Below the pieces are notes generated by a model. It was not told the origin of the DNA and searched no databases. It worked only from the letters and a program-made list of their open reading frames with translations. A stretch of 64,000 nt of DNA from an uncultured Candidatus Saccharibacteria bacterium (GTDB taxonomy: Bacteria; Patescibacteriota; Saccharimonadia; Saccharimonadales; EFPC-124): positions 1,641 through 65,640 of the forward strand of contig CBDDBE010000001.1 in NCBI GenBank assembly GCA_965225085.1, written 5' to 3'. Within the stretch, counting starts at the first letter, position 1; every line of letters begins with the position of its first letter. The position numbers and the translations under genes are program-made. Positions 19,149 through 28,450 of the stretch are shown piece by piece.

Positions 19149-21149
19149 ATGGATCACATGCACCACGACGACCACCCCGAGCACGACAAACATGCTGGCC
19201 ACAGCCCTAGTATATTCCGGCAAAAATTCTGGCTATGCCTGGTGCTGAGTCTGCCAACACTAGCATTCTCGGACACAATTCAGGAGTGGCTCGGGCTTCA
19301 TGTAACGTTTGCCGGTAGCCAGTACATTCCGCTGATTTGCGGCGTGGTTATCTTTGGCTACGGCGGGCTGGTCTTCCTGAAGGGTGCGTGGGCCGAACTG
19401 CAGAATCGCCAGCCAGGCATGATGACCTTGATATCCATGGCGATCACCGTTGCATTTGGGTATAGTCTGGCGTCCACGCTGCGTCTGGTGGATGGCATGG
19501 ATTTTTGGTGGGAGCTGTCGACGTTGGTTACCATCATGCTGCTCGGGCATTGGTTCGAGATGGCTTCAATAGCGCACGCTGAAGGGGCGCTCACTGAGCT
19601 CGCCAAGTTGCTACCCGACGAAGCGGAGCTCGTAACCGGTGACGACACGCGCATCGTTCCCCTAGGTGAGCTGAAAGTCCACGATACGGTGCTGGTGCGC
19701 CCTGGCGCCAAAATCCCGGCAGACGGCATAGTGACCGAAGGTGAATCCGACGTCAACGAATCGATGCTAACCGGCGAATCTGCGCCCGTGCCCAAACGCA
19801 AAGATACTCCCGTAACGGCCGGTACCGTCAACGGTAGCGGGTCGCTGACCATTGCCGTACATCACATTGGCGATGGCACCGCGCTGGCTGGCATCATGAA
19901 ACTAGTGGCCGATGCCCAGAACAGCAAATCACGCACGCAAATTCTGGCCGACAAGGCTGCGTCGGCCCTCACCTATGTTGCGCTAAGCGCCGCACTGGTC
20001 ACGTGGGTGATATGGGCATTGGCTGGGCAGTCGAGCAGTTTTATTCTGGAACGAGTTGTCACCGTGCTCATTATTGCGTGTCCTCACGCGCTAGGGCTGG
20101 CAATTCCACTGGTCACGTCTATATCGACCACACTTGCCGCCAGGAACGGGCTCCTTATCCGGCAACGACCGGCGCTCGAGACTGCGCGCAATATCGACAT
20201 CGTGCTATTCGACAAAACCGGCACACTGACCAAGGGCGAGCAAGGCGTCGTGGATTGTATCGCGGTTGATGGCAACGCAGACACACTGATTGCGCTGGCC
20301 GCAGCCGTCGAGCATGACTCCGAACACGTCATCGCGCGGGCTATCGTCCGGTCGGCAACCGAACGAGCAGTAACCGTCCCGAAAGCTACCACCTTCGCGG
20401 CGCTTGCCGGGCGCGGCGCCCGAGCAACCGTGAACAAACGTGTCGTGATGGTCGGCAGCCTTCAGCTCGTTCACGACCAGCATGCCACCCTGCCCGATTC
20501 GCTCAGGACAGCTACCGCGTCTGCCGATGCCGAGGGCAAAACCGTCGTCTTTGTCATGCAAGACGCGACAGTTCGCGGCGCAATCATGCTTGCTGATGTC
20601 ATTCGCTCCGAATCCAAACAGGCCGTTGCAGCACTGCAGGCCATGGGCAAACGCGTTGCGATGTTGACCGGAGACAGCCAAGGCGTGGCCGCTTGGGTCG
20701 CGCGCGAGATTGGCATCCACGAATACTTTGCCGAGGTCATGCCCGAGCACAAAGCGCAAACCGTCCAGAAATTGCAGGCTGACGGCAGCCGCGTTGCAAT
20801 GGTCGGCGACGGCGTCAACGACGCTCCCGCATTAGCCACCGCTGACATCGGCGTCGCTATCGGTGCCGGTACAGATGTGGCCATCGAATCAGCCGGCATC
20901 ATCCTGGCCAGCAGCGATCCCCGCGGCGTCGCCAAAGTCTTCCGCCTGTCGCACGCCTCATACCGCAAAATGCTGCAGAACCTCGCCTGGGCCACCGGCT
21001 ACAACCTCGTCGCCATCCCCTTCGCCGCCGGTGTCACCGCTGCATTTGGCTTCGTCCTATCGCCAGCCATCGGCGCTGTGCTGATGTCGCTCTCGACCAT
21101 CATCGTCGCGTTGAATGCGCAGCTTTTGCGACGGCTTAAACTCCAGTAA
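19149..21149 (+). CDS. copB: heavy-metal (copper) translocating P1B-type ATPase, CopB-like (CPH motif, His-rich N-terminus)
   Basis: MDHMHHDDHPEHDKHAGH N-terminus; TGES, CPH in TM6 (IIACPHALGLAIP), DKTGTLT, GDGVNDAPAL. An alternative GTG start lies at 19131. Confidence 0.9.
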   Translation: MDHMHHDDHPEHDKHAGHSPSIFRQKFWLCLVLSLPTLAFSDTIQEWLGLHVTFAGSQYIPLICGVVIFGYGGLVFLKGAWAELQNRQPGMMTLISMAITVAFGYSLASTLRLVDGMDFWWELSTLVTIMLLGHWFEMASIAHAEGALTELAKLLPDEAELVTGDDTRIVPLGELKVHDTVLVRPGAKIPADGIVTEGESDVNESMLTGESAPVPKRKDTPVTAGTVNGSGSLTIAVHHIGDGTALAGIMKLVADAQNSKSRTQILADKAASALTYVALSAALVTWVIWALAGQSSSFILERVVTVLIIACPHALGLAIPLVTSISTTLAARNGLLIRQRPALETARNIDIVLFDKTGTLTKGEQGVVDCIAVDGNADTLIALAAAVEHDSEHVIARAIVRSATERAVTVPKATTFAALAGRGARATVNKRVVMVGSLQLVHDQHATLPDSLRTATASADAEGKTVVFVMQDATVRGAIMLADVIRSESKQAVAALQAMGKRVAMLTGDSQGVAAWVAREIGIHEYFAEVMPEHKAQTVQKLQADGSRVAMVGDGVNDAPALATADIGVAIGAGTDVAIESAGIILASSDPRGVAKVFRLSHASYRKMLQNLAWATGYNLVAIPFAAGVTAAFGFVLSPAIGAVLMSLSTIIVALNAQLLRRLKLQ

Positions 21150-21229
21150 TATAGACAAAATTAAATAAGATGATACTATGCAAAAGTGCACATTAACATC
21201 ACGGCCGTCCAATGAATGGAGGGAGTTCC

Positions 21230-22156
21230 ATGAGACGGTTCCTCGGCGTAGGATGCTGCGCGGTTATTGCCAGCCTTCTCGGCCTGCAAGCCGCAACAGC
21301 GTCCGACGATATCGGTGCTATTGCTGACTCGCTCAAGCGTTCGCCCGTCTACGTCAGCCCTGCTGATGCACCGCTGGCGAATCGCCTGCTAGGCAGTCTG
21401 CAGCATGGCGATACGATCCTGCTAGTCAGCCTGCCGGCGTCGGATGCACCCAGTGCAGATGCGCTCGATTCGTTCGAAGCTCAGCTCGCTACTTCCGTCG
21501 GGCCTTCCCACGTCATTGGAGTCGTGGCTGGCGATAATGTCGCCGCCTCGTCTTCGACGTGGATGCCCGACGAAACAGCGAAGGATCTGATGCTGCGCGC
21601 GCACAACGTCAACTCCAACCCCGGGGACATTCTGACGACGTTCGTCCAGAACGTCCACGGCTGGCAACGGAGCAATCCCGCGCCAAAGGTTGCTTCACCG
21701 CACACAGGAAGTACCAACGGGCCCGTGATCTTCGTGATCATACTGGTTGGTGCTTTGCTGATCGGAGCAGTCTACCTCTTCAGGCGTGTCACCACACCGA
21801 TACCCCGACGGATCGCTGACGCTCTGAAGGAGCTGAAGGCACTGACTGAAAAAGTCAGCGACGACAGCTTCCGCAAAAGGCTAGCACAGTGCTGGGAGCG
21901 AGTGGAGTACTATTTCCTCCACAGTCCCAATACTGACAATGCCGCGGTGTTTGCCATCCAGCTGGGCCAGGTGCGAGAGGTGCTCGAACAGTATCTTCAG
22001 ATACAGAGCGAGCCCCAGTACTTCGCCAAAGCCGATCAGGAGATGGCGAAGGCACGAGCCGCGCTTGACTCATTCGCTTCGCAAGTCATCCAGGCGATCC
22101 GCGAGAACAACGAGGTCACCCTCGTCAGGTTCAACCTCAACGTCAAAAACCTCTAG
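21230..22156 (+). CDS. hypothetical exported / single-pass membrane protein
   Basis: SD ggaggga plus ATG at 21230. Signal peptide MRRFLGVGCCAVIASLLGLQAATA, mid-protein TM (VIFVIILVGALLIGAVYLF) and a helical C-terminal domain. Confidence 0.6.
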   Translation: MRRFLGVGCCAVIASLLGLQAATASDDIGAIADSLKRSPVYVSPADAPLANRLLGSLQHGDTILLVSLPASDAPSADALDSFEAQLATSVGPSHVIGVVAGDNVAASSSTWMPDETAKDLMLRAHNVNSNPGDILTTFVQNVHGWQRSNPAPKVASPHTGSTNGPVIFVIILVGALLIGAVYLFRRVTTPIPRRIADALKELKALTEKVSDDSFRKRLAQCWERVEYYFLHSPNTDNAAVFAIQLGQVREVLEQYLQIQSEPQYFAKADQEMAKARAALDSFASQVIQAIRENNEVTLVRFNLNVKNL

Positions 22157-22201
22157 AACCAGTCGACAATCCGACTGGCCGATCAAACCGAAAGGAACGC
22201 C

Positions 22202-23173
22202 ATGCGCTTCAAGCGCTCCAAGCGCCTGATTGTTGGCGTCGTCGCCAGCTTGTCCCTGCTTCTCGGTTCACCGCTTCTGGCGGCGTGCGATAAGGGGACA
22301 ACGACCGTCGCGAACTGCGGCTACAAGATCGGCGACGGCAGCAAGGACGCCCAGGTTCACCAGGTGGTCTATCCCGGCCAGAGCATCGACATCGGCCAGG
22401 ATCAGAAGATGATGTACGTTCCGTGCAATTCGCGGAACTACATCACCAACGACGGCACTCAGCAGAACGCCAACGGCGAAACCATTGGCGATCGCAAGCC
22501 GCCGACCCTGGCCTTCACCAAGAGCGGCACGCCGATTCGAGTGTGGACCACTGTCGAGTGGACGCTCAACCAGTCCGATAAGGAGATGCGGGAGTTTTAC
22601 GCATTCTGCCTGAAGTACAACTGCGCCAGCGACAAGGACAAGGGCGGCGACGCCAACTCAAGCACACCTGGCTGGAACAGGATGCTGAGCGAGAACCTCG
22701 GTCCTGTAGTCGACGCTGACGCCATGGAGATCGCCCACAACCAGGTCGACGACAGCATCTGGCAGAAGCCAGATCCCGCTGCCTACAAGACCATGGGGGA
22801 CGCCATGACGCTCAAGATCAAGGCGCTTTTGCAGCAGCAGACCGGCGACACGGACGATCTGTTCTGCGGATCTGGCTCCTCTTGGCCGGACCCGACGAAG
22901 CCCGGCAGCGGTACGTTCAACTGTACTGCCCCGCGCGTGACCGTGAACCGTGTCGAACTCGACACCACGATCAAGACGGGGCCCGGCGCAATCGCCGCGA
23001 ACGCCGAGCGGCTGGAAGCAGCCAAGGCGCTCTACGGCGACAGTGCCAGCTTCTGGCTCGGCCTGCAGGACGCCATCAAGGAGTGCAAGGATGACAAAGT
23101 CCCTTGCATGATCAACCTGGGCGGCCCCGGATCACCGTCGCTGCCCTTGCCGACGGGCGTGCCCAGCAAGTAG
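22202..23173 (+). CDS. hypothetical lipoprotein
   Basis: Lipobox LLAAC after the signal peptide; Cys-rich 300-aa mature part; strongly G/C-ending codons. Confidence 0.65.
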   Translation: MRFKRSKRLIVGVVASLSLLLGSPLLAACDKGTTTVANCGYKIGDGSKDAQVHQVVYPGQSIDIGQDQKMMYVPCNSRNYITNDGTQQNANGETIGDRKPPTLAFTKSGTPIRVWTTVEWTLNQSDKEMREFYAFCLKYNCASDKDKGGDANSSTPGWNRMLSENLGPVVDADAMEIAHNQVDDSIWQKPDPAAYKTMGDAMTLKIKALLQQQTGDTDDLFCGSGSSWPDPTKPGSGTFNCTAPRVTVNRVELDTTIKTGPGAIAANAERLEAAKALYGDSASFWLGLQDAIKECKDDKVPCMINLGGPGSPSLPLPTGVPSK

Positions 23174-23186
23174 CACGCACGACGGA

Positions 23187-23223
23187 GGGAGCCACGCGTC
23201 GCCTTATCGCGACCGTGGCTCCC
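23187..23223 (+). terminator. 10-bp GC hairpin after the lipoprotein gene
   Basis: gggagccacg ... cgtggctccc, no U tract. Confidence 0.45.
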
Positions 23224-23241
23224 CAAACAAATGAACTTATT

Positions 23242-24132
23242 TTAGGCTGTCACCGTAATCTTCTGCTCACACGCTTCCGAGCAAACGGTCGCCCTAGCTC
23301 GGCAATCATCACATAGCAGCACGAGGTTGTTGCATTCAGCGTTCGCGCAGTTTTCGAAATTACTCGTGCGCGCGTCACAGCGGATGCAGTGCCCGATATC
23401 GCGGGCTTTATCCGAAAATTGCGTCACCAGCCGGCCATCAAAGACATAGAGCTTACCTTCCCACAGCCCATCGTCCTTATACCGCTCGCCGTATTTCACT
23501 ATGCCGCCGTCTATTTGGTAGACTTCCTTGAAGCCGCGCTTTTTCATCATTGCGCTGATGACTTCGCAGCGTATGCCACCGGTGCAGTAGGTTACGACCG
23601 GCTTGTCCTTGATGTCGTTATATTTATCGCTCTCGAGCTCGCGGATAAAATCTTTGGAAGTGGCCGCCTCGGGCACGACAGCACCCTTGAACCGACCAAC
23701 TTCGGCCTCGTGTTTGTTGCGCCCGTCGAAGAACACGACATCGTCGCCCCGCTGCTCGACCAAAGCGTGGACCTGCTCCGGGCTCAGGTGCTTGCCGCCA
23801 CCAACGACGCCATGCTCATCCACGGCTACTTCGTTCGGTGCGCCAAATCCGACCAGCTCGGCTCGCACCCGAATGCTGAGCTTCGGGAAATTGTCACGCC
23901 CGCCATCACTCCATTTGAATGCCATACCTTTGAAGCCAGCGAATTCCTTGGTCGTTTTGACGTACTTCTTCAGGTCCTCAACATCGCCACCCAGCGTGCC
24001 ATTAATGCCCTGTGCCGAGACAAGAATGCGGCCCTTCAGGTTCAAGGCCTCGCACAAAGCCCGCTGCCACAAGCGCACCGCTTCCGGATCTGTGATTGGC
24101 GTAAATTTGTAGTAGAGAATAATTTTCTGCAT
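23242..24132 (-). CDS. trhO: rhodanese-related sulfurtransferase / tRNA uridine(34) hydroxylase (UPF0176, TrhO/YceA)
   Basis: [10 protein letters not shown]...[17 protein letters not shown]-terminal domain, rhodanese CTGGIRCE loop and a C-terminal Cys cluster. Start moved to the ATG at 24132. Confidence 0.85.
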   Translation of the reverse strand: MQKIILYYKFTPITDPEAVRLWQRALCEALNLKGRILVSAQGINGTLGGDVEDLKKYVKTTKEFAGFKGMAFKWSDGGRDNFPKLSIRVRAELVGFGAPNEVAVDEHGVVGGGKHLSPEQVHALVEQRGDDVVFFDGRNKHEAEVGRFKGAVVPEAATSKDFIRELESDKYNDIKDKPVVTYCTGGIRCEVISAMMKKRGFKEVYQIDGGIVKYGERYKDDGLWEGKLYVFDGRLVTQFSDKARDIGHCIRCDARTSNFENCANAECNNLVLLCDDCRARATVCSEACEQKITVTA

Positions 24133-24175
24133 GCGTCTATAGTATACAAAATTACAATCAAAAAGCCAAAAGCTA

Positions 24176-24204
24176 TTGCCAGAGCGCAAGCGGTGTCATA
24201 TACT
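24176..24204 (+). promoter_or_regulatory. sigma70-like promoter (TTGCCA-17-TATACT)
   Basis: The hexamers lie about 200 nt upstream of the ABC exporter ATG (24404). Confidence 0.45.
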
Positions 24205-24403
24205 GGTCGCATTATGGCATCACGCCCGCTAAACCAATTACGACCTTACCCGGTGACACGCCCCGTGTTCGCCAAGGTCCTCTATGGCAACGCATTCTCT
24301 TGTGAACGCTCACTCGCGTACAGCGCTTAAGAAGCATTCACACTCGCCCGCCTCAAAAGCTCGGCAAACATAAAATCAAATCTTACATCATATCAGGAGT
24401 TCT

Positions 24404-26179
24404 ATGTCCATCGTCCAAAAAACCATCCGGCTTTTCGTAAGCCACGCCGCACGATATCCGCGGCTACTCATTCCGCTGCTAATCGTCCTACCACTCAACA
24501 TACTTGTAGCAGACTTTTTGCTGCCGTTCATCACATCGCAGGTGCTGCAAAAGATTTCACAGGGTGCCTACGATCCACACGATTTGTGGGGTAGCTTTGG
24601 CGGACAATTACTGCTGTATGCCGGAGCCACACTGCTGAGCGGCGTGGCCGGTTGGCGATTAGCCGTCTGGCTGATCTGGCATTTGGAGCTGCGCGTAGTG
24701 CGCGACATATCTCAGCGTGTGTTTGATCACCTGCTGAGGATGAGCGCCAACTTCCATGCCAATCGCTTTGGTGGCTCGCTGGTTTCGCAGGCCAACAAGC
24801 TGGTTGGCAGCTACGTGCGGTTTACCGACGCGACCATCTTCAACCTCTATACGTTGGTTGTATCCATCGTAGCTACCATCATCATCCTTTCGCCGCGTGT
24901 ACCGATGTACTCGATAGCTCTGCTGGTCCTGACAACCATCTACATCCTCGGGACGATGTTCTTCAGCCGAGCAGTCCGCGATGCGAACACCAAGGAGTCG
25001 GAGGCGCAGAGCAAACAAACAGGCTTCCTGGCTGACAGCATCAGCAACGTCATGGCTATCAAGAGCTTTGCCGCCAACCGCACCGAAAGTGCCGGCTACT
25101 GGAAGGTTTCAACTGAGGTCAAAAACCTCGGGCAGCAATCCCTCCGCCGGACAACCCAGCGAGAGACATACGCCAGCATTATAACCAGCAGCATCTCCAT
25201 CTCGGCCATCACGCTTGCTATTGTGGGCGTGGGGGTATTCCATGCAAGTGTCGCAACAGTCTTCCTCGTCGTCAGCTACACCGGATCGATCGGCATGCGG
25301 CTTTGGGAATTCCAGAACGTCCTGCGACAATACAACCGCTCTTTCGGTGATGCCAGCGATATGATGAAGATCCTCGAGATTGAGCCCGAGGTCAAAGATC
25401 CCGAAACGCCAGAGCGCTCTCACATCGAAAATGGCGCCATTAGCTTCAACCACGTGCAGTTCACCCACGCCGGGTCTCAGGAGGGTGACACACTGTTCCG
25501 CGACCTGGACCTGCAGATTCAAGCCGGCGAAAAGGTCGGGCTGGTTGGACATTCTGGATCGGGCAAGACGACTCTGACGCGCCTGCTCCTTCGCTTCAGC
25601 GATATCGATGCCGGCGAGATTACCATAGACGACCAAAACATTGCGCACATCGCCCAGGATGATCTGCGTCGCAGCATCAGCTACGTTCCGCAGGAGCCGC
25701 TGCTATTTCACCGCAGCATCCGCGAAAACATCGCCTACGGCAAACCGGACGCAACCGACGCCGAGATCATCGAGGCTGCCCGCAAAGCTCATGCCGACGA
25801 GTTTGTCCAAAAGTTAACCGACAAATACGACACACTGGTCGGGGAACGCGGCGTCAAGCTCAGCGGCGGACAGCGCCAGCGCATCGCTATCGCCCGCGCT
25901 ATCCTAAAGGACGCGCCGATCCTTGTGCTAGACGAAGCAACCAGCGCCCTCGACTCCGAAAGCGAACGCTTGATCCAAAAGGCCCTAACCGAGCTGATGA
26001 AAAACCGCACCGCCATTGTCATTGCTCACCGGCTGAGTACGGTGCAGAAAATGGACCGCATTGTGGTGCTAGAGGAAGGGAATATCATCGAGGAAGGCAG
26101 CCACGGTGAGCTCGTCGAAGCCCAAGGCACATACGCACAACTATGGGCGCACCAGTCTGGCGGATTCATCGAAGAATAG
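24404..26179 (+). CDS. ABC transporter permease/ATP-binding protein (MsbA-like type I exporter)
   Basis: 6-TM domain plus NBD with Walker A GHSGSGKTT, signature LSGGQRQR and Walker B ILVLDEATSALD. Confidence 0.9.
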   Translation: MSIVQKTIRLFVSHAARYPRLLIPLLIVLPLNILVADFLLPFITSQVLQKISQGAYDPHDLWGSFGGQLLLYAGATLLSGVAGWRLAVWLIWHLELRVVRDISQRVFDHLLRMSANFHANRFGGSLVSQANKLVGSYVRFTDATIFNLYTLVVSIVATIIILSPRVPMYSIALLVLTTIYILGTMFFSRAVRDANTKESEAQSKQTGFLADSISNVMAIKSFAANRTESAGYWKVSTEVKNLGQQSLRRTTQRETYASIITSSISISAITLAIVGVGVFHASVATVFLVVSYTGSIGMRLWEFQNVLRQYNRSFGDASDMMKILEIEPEVKDPETPERSHIENGAISFNHVQFTHAGSQEGDTLFRDLDLQIQAGEKVGLVGHSGSGKTTLTRLLLRFSDIDAGEITIDDQNIAHIAQDDLRRSISYVPQEPLLFHRSIRENIAYGKPDATDAEIIEAARKAHADEFVQKLTDKYDTLVGERGVKLSGGQRQRIAIARAILKDAPILVLDEATSALDSESERLIQKALTELMKNRTAIVIAHRLSTVQKMDRIVVLEEGNIIEEGSHGELVEAQGTYAQLWAHQSGGFIEE

Positions 26180-26315
26180 AGCAAAACAGACTATTCAACT
26201 CGATCGCCAAATCGTCCGAACGAGCCTATGCTTGCCTGTTTAACCCATTGGGGGCATAATAATCGACGCGTGCCGACCGAAACTCGCACTTCCCCCGCAG
26301 GCCGATAGGAGGCCC

Positions 26316-26612
26316 ATGAGAACCGCACTCAGCGGATACGATTCGACAACACTCAAGGTTCTAGCATATGTCGCGCGCTATGACGGAAAAGCAGTATCCG
26401 TCATGACAATATGCGCAACCCTGAACCTTGCAGATATCAAGGTCCGCCAGATTCTCTGCCAACTTGAGCAAGGAAACCTTCTCTTCATGCAGAGCGGGAC
26501 GGGTAACTCCTGCTACTGCCACCGCTCAGGCTGGGTGATAAACCACATGGCGCTGTATCATCCCGACGTGCTCCGCTCCGTACCAGAGCGCATCGAGGAG
26601 ATCAACCCTTGA
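26316..26612 (+). CDS. hypothetical protein, possible winged-helix DNA-binding fold
   Basis: 98 aa; SD taggagg. TLKVLAYVARYDGKAVSVMTICATLNLADIKVRQILCQLEQGNLL resembles a wHTH. Confidence 0.5.
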   Translation: MRTALSGYDSTTLKVLAYVARYDGKAVSVMTICATLNLADIKVRQILCQLEQGNLLFMQSGTGNSCYCHRSGWVINHMALYHPDVLRSVPERIEEINP

Positions 26613-26615
26613 GCC

Positions 26616-26654
26616 ATCGCCCTGCCCACTTCAGTAGTGGACAGGGCGATTTTC
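26616..26654 (+). terminator. rho-independent terminator
   Basis: atcgccctg-c-ccact ... agtgg-a-cagggcgat followed by TTT. Confidence 0.6.
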
Positions 26655-26659
26655 AATTA

Positions 26660-27208
26660 CTATACGCCGCCTACTACGCGCGATCCTTCAGCTTTGAACT
26701 TCTGATACTCACGCCACGTAAGCCACACGATAAACCCATCGAACAGTGTCAGCAGCACCATGCCCACCGTTATATGCGTCACTATCAAATACAGCTGATA
26801 GATAATAAATAACCCGAGCGTCACGAACGCAAATGGGTACGCCCAGGCTTTATTTCGGAGCAATCCGCCCACCAAAATAATCTTGATCATACCGTGCCAA
26901 AACAAGAAAAACATCACAAAGCGCTTATCAGCCCCTGCTAGTTCGTGAGCGTATTGCAGAATTCGGCCAGCAATAAAGTCATTTGGATTCTCGGCCAGTT
27001 CGCGCCGCGTCAGAAAATCAGCCAATCGCGTAATGTGCTCTGGCTTCACAAATAGCATCAGGACCGCACCGGCGAGCTCGATAACGCCGTCGAGGCCTTT
27101 CAGCAAAATACCGATCTCGAATGTTCTGTCCAGTAGCGACGTCGGGTGGAACCAACGGCCAGGAGCTACGCTTGGGCTGTCGGTTGTTTTCTTGGCTTGA
27201 TGATCCAT
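26660..27208 (-). CDS. DUF2127-like membrane protein
   Basis: FEIGILLKGLDGVIELAGAVLMLF and 4 TMs. Start set at ATG 27208 (MDHQAKK), because the longer ORF runs through the PAP2 gene. Confidence 0.6.
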   Translation of the reverse strand: MDHQAKKTTDSPSVAPGRWFHPTSLLDRTFEIGILLKGLDGVIELAGAVLMLFVKPEHITRLADFLTRRELAENPNDFIAGRILQYAHELAGADKRFVMFFLFWHGMIKIILVGGLLRNKAWAYPFAFVTLGLFIIYQLYLIVTHITVGMVLLTLFDGFIVWLTWREYQKFKAEGSRVVGGV

Positions 27209-27648
27209 CTTGCTCCATAGTATGCGCCAGCTGATGCAATGGCCGCAACTCCAATACCACCCAAAATATCCTGGAACGAATGCACGCCAGCGCCAATGCG
27301 CCCAAGCCCAACCGCCAAGGCTAGACCAGCCAGTAGCCAGCCCCATTTGCGGGCATACGGCAAGATAACAAACGCGGCTAACATCGTAAAGGTGGTGTGA
27401 TCAGACGGGAAGCCATTATCGCCACTCTGCGCTACCAAGGGCGTAAAGTGACCGGCAACAAACGGCCGTGCATCGTAGTGCAGAGCGCCAGCGATCTTGA
27501 CCAATACCACCGCCAGTACTAGCCCAATGGCGGCGTGCACTACCACTCGCAACCGCAGCTCGCTCGGCAGGCGCCACCATACATACAGCGCCAGTAGCGC
27601 AACGCCTGCAAACAAATACTTCGCCGCAAAAATAATCAGAAAATCCAT
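27166..27648 (-). CDS. PAP2 family phosphatase (BcrC / undecaprenyl-diphosphatase-like)
   Basis: PSDH motif (FPSDHTTF) and the SR...H-type C3 region (GAGVHSFQDILGG); 160 aa, 5 TMs. Confidence 0.8.
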   Translation of the reverse strand: MDFLIIFAAKYLFAGVALLALYVWWRLPSELRLRVVVHAAIGLVLAVVLVKIAGALHYDARPFVAGHFTPLVAQSGDNGFPSDHTTFTMLAAFVILPYARKWGWLLAGLALAVGLGRIGAGVHSFQDILGGIGVAAIASAGAYYGARWIIKPRKQPTAQA

Positions 27649-27663
27649 ACCTAGCCGTCGATC

Positions 27664-28377
27664 CTATGCGCCCTTTGGCTCAAACTGCTTCTTGCCACCA
27701 GGGCGACCTTCCTCGGCCTGGGTCTCCTGAGGCGTATTCGCACCTTCTTCGGCCTCAACGTTGCCTTCATCGCCAGGCTCAGCGTCTCCGCCAGCAGCTT
27801 CGTTGGCAGCCTGCAATGCGCTCGGCTCGTACACGGTCGCAATCACCTGGTCGAGGTCCGTCAAAAGCGTTACCCCTGTCGGCACAACGATATCTGTTGC
27901 GCTCAAGTGATCGCCAATCTCGACCAGCTTCTCGCCCGGGATTTCCAGCTGATCAGGCAGATCGTTTGGCAAAGCTTTAACCTGAACCGATTCAACGGTC
28001 GTGAGCACTACCAGGCCAGCCTTCTCGGCCGGGGTCTCGCCTGCGCCGGTAATGATAACCGGCACTTCTGTTTCGACTTCTTCATTTAGATTTACAACGT
28101 GAAAGGATACGTGGCGCAATTGATGCTTGACTGGGTCAACATCGGTGGTCTTTATCATGGCTAAGCGCTTCGTGCCATCCAACGTTACCTCAACGGGGTG
28201 ATGCTTGCCAGCGCGAGCCACAACCTTGCCCATCGAAACCTCAGGCGCCATGATCGATTGCGCTGGGAAATCATGTCCATACAAAACAGCGGGCACAAAA
28301 CCATCGCGCCGCAAACTTGCGACCTTTTTACCGCTTACTGTTCGTTGTTCTACGGTCAATTCTACTTTTTCACCCAT
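27664..28377 (-). CDS. rplY: 50S ribosomal protein L25 / general stress protein Ctc
   Basis: ELTVEQRTVSGKKVASLRRDGFVPAVLYGHDF N-terminus and an acidic C-terminal tail. TGgTATAAT promoter upstream. Confidence 0.9.
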   Translation of the reverse strand: MGEKVELTVEQRTVSGKKVASLRRDGFVPAVLYGHDFPAQSIMAPEVSMGKVVARAGKHHPVEVTLDGTKRLAMIKTTDVDPVKHQLRHVSFHVVNLNEEVETEVPVIITGAGETPAEKAGLVVLTTVESVQVKALPNDLPDQLEIPGEKLVEIGDHLSATDIVVPTGVTLLTDLDQVIATVYEPSALQAANEAAGGDAEPGDEGNVEAEEGANTPQETQAEEGRPGGKKQFEPKGA

Positions 28378-28450
28378 AACACCTCCTGGAATCTGGAATA
28401 GTACCTCTATTATACCACTGTTGGCTCTTGTTCGCTAAAAGGAGTCTACC

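Noticed and set aside
19074-19223. 50-codon N-terminal extension of uvrC in the ORF track (start 19223)
   Set aside because: The conserved GIY-YIG N-terminus begins right after the ATG at 19073. The extension overlaps the copB start and promoter region and reads as hydrophobic nonsense.
26660-27346. Full 228-aa version of the DUF2127-like ORF
   Set aside because: The upstream 46 codons run through the 3' part of the PAP2 gene in another frame and are Trp/Gly/Arg-rich. The internal ATG at 27208 gives a typical DUF2127 N-terminus.
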